Below are positions 58,608 through 64,000 of a stretch of DNA of 64,000 nt, piece after piece. Made by a program: the position numbers and the translations under genes. The stretch comes from a virus: IMG/VR virus record IMGVR_UViG_3300033143_002031, positions 64,001-128,000 of that record; one strand, given 5' to 3'. Numbering within the stretch: position 1 is the first letter of the stretch; each line of letters begins with the position of its first letter. The notes below the pieces were generated by a model. It was not told where the DNA came from. It saw only the letters and a list, made by a program, of their open reading frames with translations, and did not search any database.

Positions 58608-59039
58608 ATGGAAGAGCAGAAAACATGCTTCAAGTGCGGCCGGGCGAGGCCCCTCGACGAGTTCTACCAGCACCCGGAGACGGCCGACGGACGTCTCAAC
58701 AAGTGTAAGGAGTGCGCGAAGGCTGATGTTCGAGGCAACTACAGGAAGACTCGTAAGAAGCGGCAGGGGTACGAGCGGAAGCGCGAACAGTCCCCTGAGC
58801 GGCGAGCGAAGAAGCGGGAGTACGCCAGGAGAGCCCGGCAAGCTCACCCTGAGAAGTACAGGGCGAACACAGCCATCAACAATGCAATCCGAGACGGCAA
58901 GGTGGTGCGGGGGTCTTGTGAAGCGGAAGGGTGCGAACGACCGGCCGAGGCACATCATGAGGACTACTCGAAGCCCTTGGAGGTGCGGTGGCTTTGTCGG
59001 AAGCACCATCGAGCGGAGCATGGACAGGTAGCGGATTGA
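58608..59039 (+). CDS. HNH-like endonuclease
   Basis: CFKC...CKEC; EAHHEDYSKPLEVRWLCRKHH. Confidence 0.72.
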   Translation: MEEQKTCFKCGRARPLDEFYQHPETADGRLNKCKECAKADVRGNYRKTRKKRQGYERKREQSPERRAKKREYARRARQAHPEKYRANTAINNAIRDGKVVRGSCEAEGCERPAEAHHEDYSKPLEVRWLCRKHHRAEHGQVAD

Positions 59040-59508
59040 CGGGCCTACGCCCCCGGGCCTTCCTCGGTTCGACCATCCGAGGAGAAGCAGGATGCTGTAG
59101 GGGGCACTTGATCGGGTTGGAGTCGAGGGCAGGGAACAGTGGTGGGGCAACCGCGCCATGGAGCGGCCACTCGGCCCCCCTGCTAGCGGCGATCAGTGGG
59201 CGACTCCTGCTGCGGGTCCGGGTGGAGGCGCAGCACCCCTAGCGACCATTGGTCGCAGGAGAATGATGGACGACACGACCCCCAAACTCCGATTCGTCCG
59301 GCTCTATCTGGGCAAGAGCAAGATGGATGTTGCTCTGGACGACCCGCTCTCGGAGAAGCCTCGACTGGTGAAATACAACTGGAAAGCCCTGGAGGCCAAG
59401 GACGTGCCTCCGGACATCTGGCACGAGGCTGTGCTCCGGGAGGTCCAGCACCAGCGGGGGTTGGAGCACAGGCGGCGGACGGGGCGAGCGTTGCCCGGGG
59501 AGTAGACC

Positions 59509-61854
59509 GTGGATGTGACAGTCACAGGGTGGGCGTGGTTGCCCAAGGCGGACCTGACGCCAGACCAGATCGTGAACATGGAGCGCATGCTCACGGTTCA
59601 CCCGCAGAAGATCGGGGACTACCCGGGCGACGAGCCCCTGCCGATCCACCTGTATGCGAACGAGAGTGACCGCTTCGGCGTCCCCCGCGAGTTCTTTTTC
59701 AGCAATCGGCGTGCGACTCACAACATCGACCTCCAGGTCACAGAAGGATCTAAGGACTGGTGGCCGGCGGAGTTTGTCGGCCTCCTTCGGACGGAGCAGA
59801 AGACCGCTCTGAACGAGGTGGTGGCGATGTTCCGGGCCGGGCGGATGGGCGGGATCATCCAAGCCAAGCCGGGCTGGGGGAAGTGCCTGGGTATCGGAAC
59901 TCCCGTGCTCATGTTCGATGGAGCGATAAAGCCTGTCGAGGACATTCAAGATGGCGATCTTCTCATGGGGCCGGACAGCCGACCCCGCCGCGTTTTGTCT
60001 ACGACACGCGGCACCGGACCGCTATACGAGATCGTTCCGTTGCGTGGAGAGTCCTGGGTGTGCAACGACGCTCACATCTTGACTCTGGTTCACTCCCTGA
60101 CAGGAGAAGTACAGGATATTGAGGTGGGGGAGTACCTGAAGCTATCGAAGACGGAGCGGCATTACCTCAAGCAGTTTGCTCCGGAGCAAGGGGTCGACTT
60201 TCTCTCAGCCGAGCCACTTCTGCTGGACCCGTACTTTTTGGGGGTGTGGTTCGGGGACGGTACGAAGGGTGCGGACGAGGGGGTCTTGAGGAAGGTAGCG
60301 GTCACTAAGCGGGACGAAGAGATCAAGAAGCTGTGCGAGGATGTGGCGTCGAGGTACGGTCTCCATGTCCGCGTGGAAACTTCTGGAGGTACGCGGTGCC
60401 CTACCTACCATCTCACAACTGGCAGGACGGGAGGAGGCCGGAACGCGCTTCTCGATCTTTTGCGTCGTGTCGTGGGGGACGCATCTGAGGTCCCTCGTCA
60501 GTATCTCACCGCGTCCAGGTCGGATCGAAGGGCACTGCTCGCGGGTTTTTTGGACTCGGACGGCCACCTCAATAACGGTTATTTCGACATCGTGCAGAAG
60601 CGGCGCTCTTATGCGGAGGCCGTCATGTTCCTCGCCCGATCTCTTGGGTTTCGGGCGAGGGTGTCGGAGAAAATTGTACACGGGGAGGTCTACTGGCGCA
60701 TGGGTCTGTCCGGCGATTTCTCTACACTTCCCCTGCGTGTGTCCCGAAAGAAGGCCCCTCCCCGGCGACAGAAAAAGGTGCCTACTCGGACAGGGTTCGA
60801 TGTTCGTTTTGCGGGGACCGGGGCGTATGCGGGGTTTACGTTGGACGGGGACGGGCGGTTCCTCCTCGGAGATTTCACCGTGACTCACAACACGGTCGTG
60901 GCGCTGGCTATCGCTGCCGAGCTAGGTGTGCCTACCCTCGTCGTAGTCCACAAGGAATTTCTGATGGACCAGTGGACGGAGCGGATCGAGAAGTTCCTTC
61001 CGGCGGCGAAGATAGGTCGCGTCCAGCAAGACACCTGCGACTTCCGGGGCAAGACTGTGGTCATGGGCATGGTTCACTCCCTTGGAGGAGAGCAGCCCTA
61101 CCCTGAAGACCTGTGGGAGTGGCCGGGTTTGGTCATCGTGGACGAGGTGCACCGTATCGGAGCCCGCACGTGGGCTCCTGTTCCTCCGAGGTTCCAAGCC
61201 AAGTACCGCCTCGGATTCACGGCGACGCCCCGGCGCAAGGATGGCGCCGACGACGTGTTCTGGCAGCACATCGGTCCGATTATCTTCGCGGGGAAAGAGG
61301 AGCGATTGAAGCCCGTCGTCAAGCGAGTGTGGACCAAGTTCAAACTCGTGAAGACGGACCGCTTCAATCCGAATCTGGCCCCGAAGGCGCTCATCACTCG
61401 GTTCCTGGTCAAGAGCCGCTACCGCAACGATCTGATCGCGGAGCAACTCGTCTCAGCCTTGGAGGCGGGGAGGAAGATCCTTGTGCTGAGTGAGCGCTTG
61501 CAGCACCTACAGGACATGGAGTCGCAGCTTCGGAATATGTGGCCAGCGGTGGCCGGAGACGTTTCGATCGGTCAGTACGTCGGAGGTCGAACCAAGGTCC
61601 AACTCGAACGGTCGGCGCAGGCTAAGGTCATCTTCGCCACGTCTCAGTACGCGGCCGAGGGTCTGGACATCCCGGCGCTGGACACGCTGTTCCTGACCAC
61701 GCCAATGAGCGACGTGGAGCAGGCGGTGGGTCGTATTCAGAGGCCGCACCCGGACAAGAAAGATCCTATCGTGGTGGACTTCCGCGATGACTCGATTCCT
61801 ATGTTCGAGGCGATGGGTAGGAAACGAGAGAAGTTCTACACGAGGATAGCTTGA
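59509..61854 (+). CDS. SF2 helicase (Res III/UvsW-like) with intein
   Basis: PGWGK|T, DEVH, FTATP, FATSQ, QAVGRIQR. Confidence 0.92.
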   Translation: MDVTVTGWAWLPKADLTPDQIVNMERMLTVHPQKIGDYPGDEPLPIHLYANESDRFGVPREFFFSNRRATHNIDLQVTEGSKDWWPAEFVGLLRTEQKTALNEVVAMFRAGRMGGIIQAKPGWGKCLGIGTPVLMFDGAIKPVEDIQDGDLLMGPDSRPRRVLSTTRGTGPLYEIVPLRGESWVCNDAHILTLVHSLTGEVQDIEVGEYLKLSKTERHYLKQFAPEQGVDFLSAEPLLLDPYFLGVWFGDGTKGADEGVLRKVAVTKRDEEIKKLCEDVASRYGLHVRVETSGGTRCPTYHLTTGRTGGGRNALLDLLRRVVGDASEVPRQYLTASRSDRRALLAGFLDSDGHLNNGYFDIVQKRRSYAEAVMFLARSLGFRARVSEKIVHGEVYWRMGLSGDFSTLPLRVSRKKAPPRRQKKVPTRTGFDVRFAGTGAYAGFTLDGDGRFLLGDFTVTHNTVVALAIAAELGVPTLVVVHKEFLMDQWTERIEKFLPAAKIGRVQQDTCDFRGKTVVMGMVHSLGGEQPYPEDLWEWPGLVIVDEVHRIGARTWAPVPPRFQAKYRLGFTATPRRKDGADDVFWQHIGPIIFAGKEERLKPVVKRVWTKFKLVKTDRFNPNLAPKALITRFLVKSRYRNDLIAEQLVSALEAGRKILVLSERLQHLQDMESQLRNMWPAVAGDVSIGQYVGGRTKVQLERSAQAKVIFATSQYAAEGLDIPALDTLFLTTPMSDVEQAVGRIQRPHPDKKDPIVVDFRDDSIPMFEAMGRKREKFYTRIA
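59884..60891 (+). mobile_element. intein with LAGLIDADG homing endonuclease (336 aa)
   Basis: starts CLGIGTPV, ends FTVTHN before T; blocks YFLGVWFGDG and LLAGFLDSDG; inserted in Walker A. Confidence 0.95.
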
Positions 61855-61878
61855 CAATCGGGGCCTATTTGGTAGAGG
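61851..61878 (+). promoter_or_regulatory. class I promoter
   Basis: TTGACA-N16-TAGAGG; ATG 7 nt later. Confidence 0.55.
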
Positions 61879-61885
61879 TAGGGGG

Positions 61886-62686
61886 ATGCCCAGAGCCCCG
61901 AAAGCTCAGGACTACTTCCAGAAGTGGTATGACGACAATCGAGACGATCTGAATGAGCGTCGGCGTGAGAAGTACGCTAGTGACCCTATGTACCGAGCGA
62001 AGGTGCAGAAGTGGAACCGGGACGCCAGGGCACGCCGCCGGAAGGACGTCGAGAAAGAGGGGCTCCGAGCGAAGCGGGCTGTGAAGATGCAGACATCCGG
62101 GGCATGGAAGACGGTGCAGGTCGAGGTGGATGGCGTCATGGTACGCATGTTCACCATTGGGGCTCTTGCTCGTGCTATCGGAAAAGGCATCTCTACCATC
62201 CGCGTCTGGGAGCGCAACGGCACGCTCCCCCAGACCCCCTACAGGTCAAAGAAGGGGGACAGGCTCTACACCCTGGAGATGGTTGAGTCGATTCAGGTTG
62301 CGCTTCGCAAGGCAGGAAAACTCGAAATCGGTGCGCTGAAAGAGAAGAAGCGTCCGACCTACGTGGAGAAGGATGTCCGGTTCAAACGGCTAAAGACGCC
62401 GATCCGGATGAGGCTCTACAAGATCGGAACGCTCGCCAAGGCTGTGAACAGGACGGTGGTGGCTCTCACGCAGATGGAGAAGCGTGAGGTGCTGCCCAAA
62501 ACACCGCTCGTGTCGTCCTCCCTGTCGTACCGACTCTATACGCTCGACATGATCGAGGTCGTGCAAGGGGCGTTCGACAGGAGGGGAGGAGCGATCCGAG
62601 GGCAGTCCGAGTGGGAAGATTTCTACGACGAGATCGTGGATGGATGGACGAGGTTAGGAGTCATGGACGCGAGGTTGGAAGAATGA
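61886..62686 (+). CDS. tandem MerR-like HTH protein
   Basis: FTIGALARAIGKGISTIRVWERNGTLP and YKIGTLAKAVNRTVVALTQMEKREVLP, each followed by RLYT. Confidence 0.8.
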   Translation: MPRAPKAQDYFQKWYDDNRDDLNERRREKYASDPMYRAKVQKWNRDARARRRKDVEKEGLRAKRAVKMQTSGAWKTVQVEVDGVMVRMFTIGALARAIGKGISTIRVWERNGTLPQTPYRSKKGDRLYTLEMVESIQVALRKAGKLEIGALKEKKRPTYVEKDVRFKRLKTPIRMRLYKIGTLAKAVNRTVVALTQMEKREVLPKTPLVSSSLSYRLYTLDMIEVVQGAFDRRGGAIRGQSEWEDFYDEIVDGWTRLGVMDARLEE

Positions 62687-63138
62687 AAACGAGTCCAGTC
62701 GAGGATGCTCACCCGACCCTTGAAAAGCAGGTCGAGGCGGACATGGAGCAGGTCGAGGAGGCCCTGACGGAGACGGTGGAGCCGGGAGGCATCGTCGCCA
62801 TGAAGCCCATCGTGATGCGAGTGCGCCGGCAGTACAAGGAGAGCGGTGACCTCGTGATCGACCCTGAAGAGGCGGTGGAGGAGATCCTGGTGCAGGACTT
62901 CCACACGGACCCCGCTCACGCGGGTCTGCGTGTGAACCACACGCTCAACCTCGGCAACTTCTGGTCTCTGTCGGTGCAGGTCTCGCTCGACGTACCGTGC
63001 TACCGCGAGGAGTACGCCGAGGCTCTGGAGTTTGTGGCCAAGACGGTCGGTGAGCGACTGGCCACGGAGATCGAGACCGGCCAGGAACGTGCTGCCGAGC
63101 TACGCAAATCCAAGGGCTCCGGGAAGCATCTGTTTTAG
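62683..63138 (+). CDS. hypothetical protein
   Basis: coupled ORF between the MerR-like gene and recA. Confidence 0.6.
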   Translation: MKTSPVEDAHPTLEKQVEADMEQVEEALTETVEPGGIVAMKPIVMRVRRQYKESGDLVIDPEEAVEEILVQDFHTDPAHAGLRVNHTLNLGNFWSLSVQVSLDVPCYREEYAEALEFVAKTVGERLATEIETGQERAAELRKSKGSGKHLF

Positions 63139-63146
63139 GGGGACTC

Positions 63147-64000
63147 ATGGCGAAGTCGAAAGAGGACCGATTCAAAGCGCTTATGGCGAGCGAGTTGATC
63201 GCCAAGATCAAGAAGAAGCACGGCAAGAACATCCTCACGCCGGCCGACGAGTTCCGGATCAAGAAGATCCCGCGCATCCCCACTGGCATCTTTTTCTATG
63301 ACTACGCCCTCGGGGGCGGGGGTTTCCCCGGGGGGCGGACGAACATCGTCTGGGGGCACAAGAGCACCGGCAAGACGGTTATCTGCCTGCGAGCCATGGG
63401 CAATGCTCAGAAGCTATGTGCCAATTGCTACACGTTCCCGGACGAGGAGACGGGGGAGTGCCAGTGCGGGAAGTTCCGCGAGACCATCTGTTGCTTCCTC
63501 GATGTCGAGGGTTCGTGGGATCACGAGTGGGCCAGGCTACACGGGGTGAACCCTGACCGGGTGCTTCTGTCCGTTCCCGAGTACGCAGAGCAAACTCTGG
63601 ACATCGCCGAGGCGCTGCTTCGGTCGGGTGACGTGGACTTTCTTGTCATCGACTCGTTGGCTTTCCTCACGCCCGCGAAGGAGATCGAGGAGAGTGCCGG
63701 CAAGGCTCTCCAGGCGGAGCAGGCGCGTGTTCTCGGCCGAGGCATCCGCAAGTTCGGCGCGGCTCTAAACCACATGGGCAACGTCACCGGGCGCCGACCC
63801 ACCTTGCTCTTCACGAACCAGATTCGGATGAAGGTCGGGCTGCTCTTTGGCAATCCAGAGACGCAACCGGGCGGCTACGCTCCGGGCTTCTCTGCGACGA
63901 CCGAGACCAAGACCTACGGCGGCAAGTACGTGATGGACGAGGTGACCGGGCGACCCCTTCACGTGGATATGTCGTTCCGGGTCGAGAAGAACAAGTCGTC
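63147..64000 (+). CDS. recA: RecA-family recombinase (3' truncated by the window end)
   Basis: IPTG..DYALGGGG, GHKSTGKT, FLDVEG, VIDSLA, QAR, FTNQIRMKVG.LFGNPETQPGG. Confidence 0.93.
   Translation, partial: MAKSKEDRFKALMASELIAKIKKKHGKNILTPADEFRIKKIPRIPTGIFFYDYALGGGGFPGGRTNIVWGHKSTGKTVICLRAMGNAQKLCANCYTFPDEETGECQCGKFRETICCFLDVEGSWDHEWARLHGVNPDRVLLSVPEYAEQTLDIAEALLRSGDVDFLVIDSLAFLTPAKEIEESAGKALQAEQARVLGRGIRKFGAALNHMGNVTGRRPTLLFTNQIRMKVGLLFGNPETQPGGYAPGFSATTETKTYGGKYVMDEVTGRPLHVDMSFRVEKNKS

Noticed and set aside
59040-59240. Intergenic hairpin with a TTCGA loop (CCTCGG...CCGAGG)
   Set aside because: No D-arm, anticodon arm or acceptor stem; too little support for an RNA gene

Overview
A 64 kb segment of a large, GC-rich dsDNA bacteriophage genome. 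Almost all protein genes are on the + strand and many overlap at ATGA/GTGA junctions. In order: small hypothetical genes, groES and a broken vWA gene (1-4.7 kb); six genes sharing an N-terminal M(R)KT(L/I)FTxxxRxxLxE peptide (4.8-8.1 kb); about 1.9 kb of mostly non-coding DNA with oriented GAAAACT(C/A)C motifs (9.2-11 kb); a repeat-flanked GHKL ATPase (14-16 kb); many small accessory ORFs and a GT2 glycosyltransferase (16-25 kb); a minus-strand array of about 43 tRNAs for all 20 amino acids (25.5-31.2 kb); accessory and metabolic genes (def, a second GHKL protein, family-4 UDG, KhpA, a MoxR-AAA/vWA pair, an M10 peptidase); and a replication module (initiator, DnaC-like loader, DnaB, primase, SSB, HNH, intein-containing SF2 helicase, partial RecA). 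The tRNA array also holds several non-canonical tRNA-like RNAs, an HNH gene and an antisense Cys-rich peptide, and it is preceded by a leader-peptide attenuator-like structure. The most interesting candidates are that attenuator, the shared N-terminal tag (a possible capsid-targeting and cleavage signal) and the aberrant tRNA-like RNAs. All annotation was done by eye from motifs; no database search or folding program was run.
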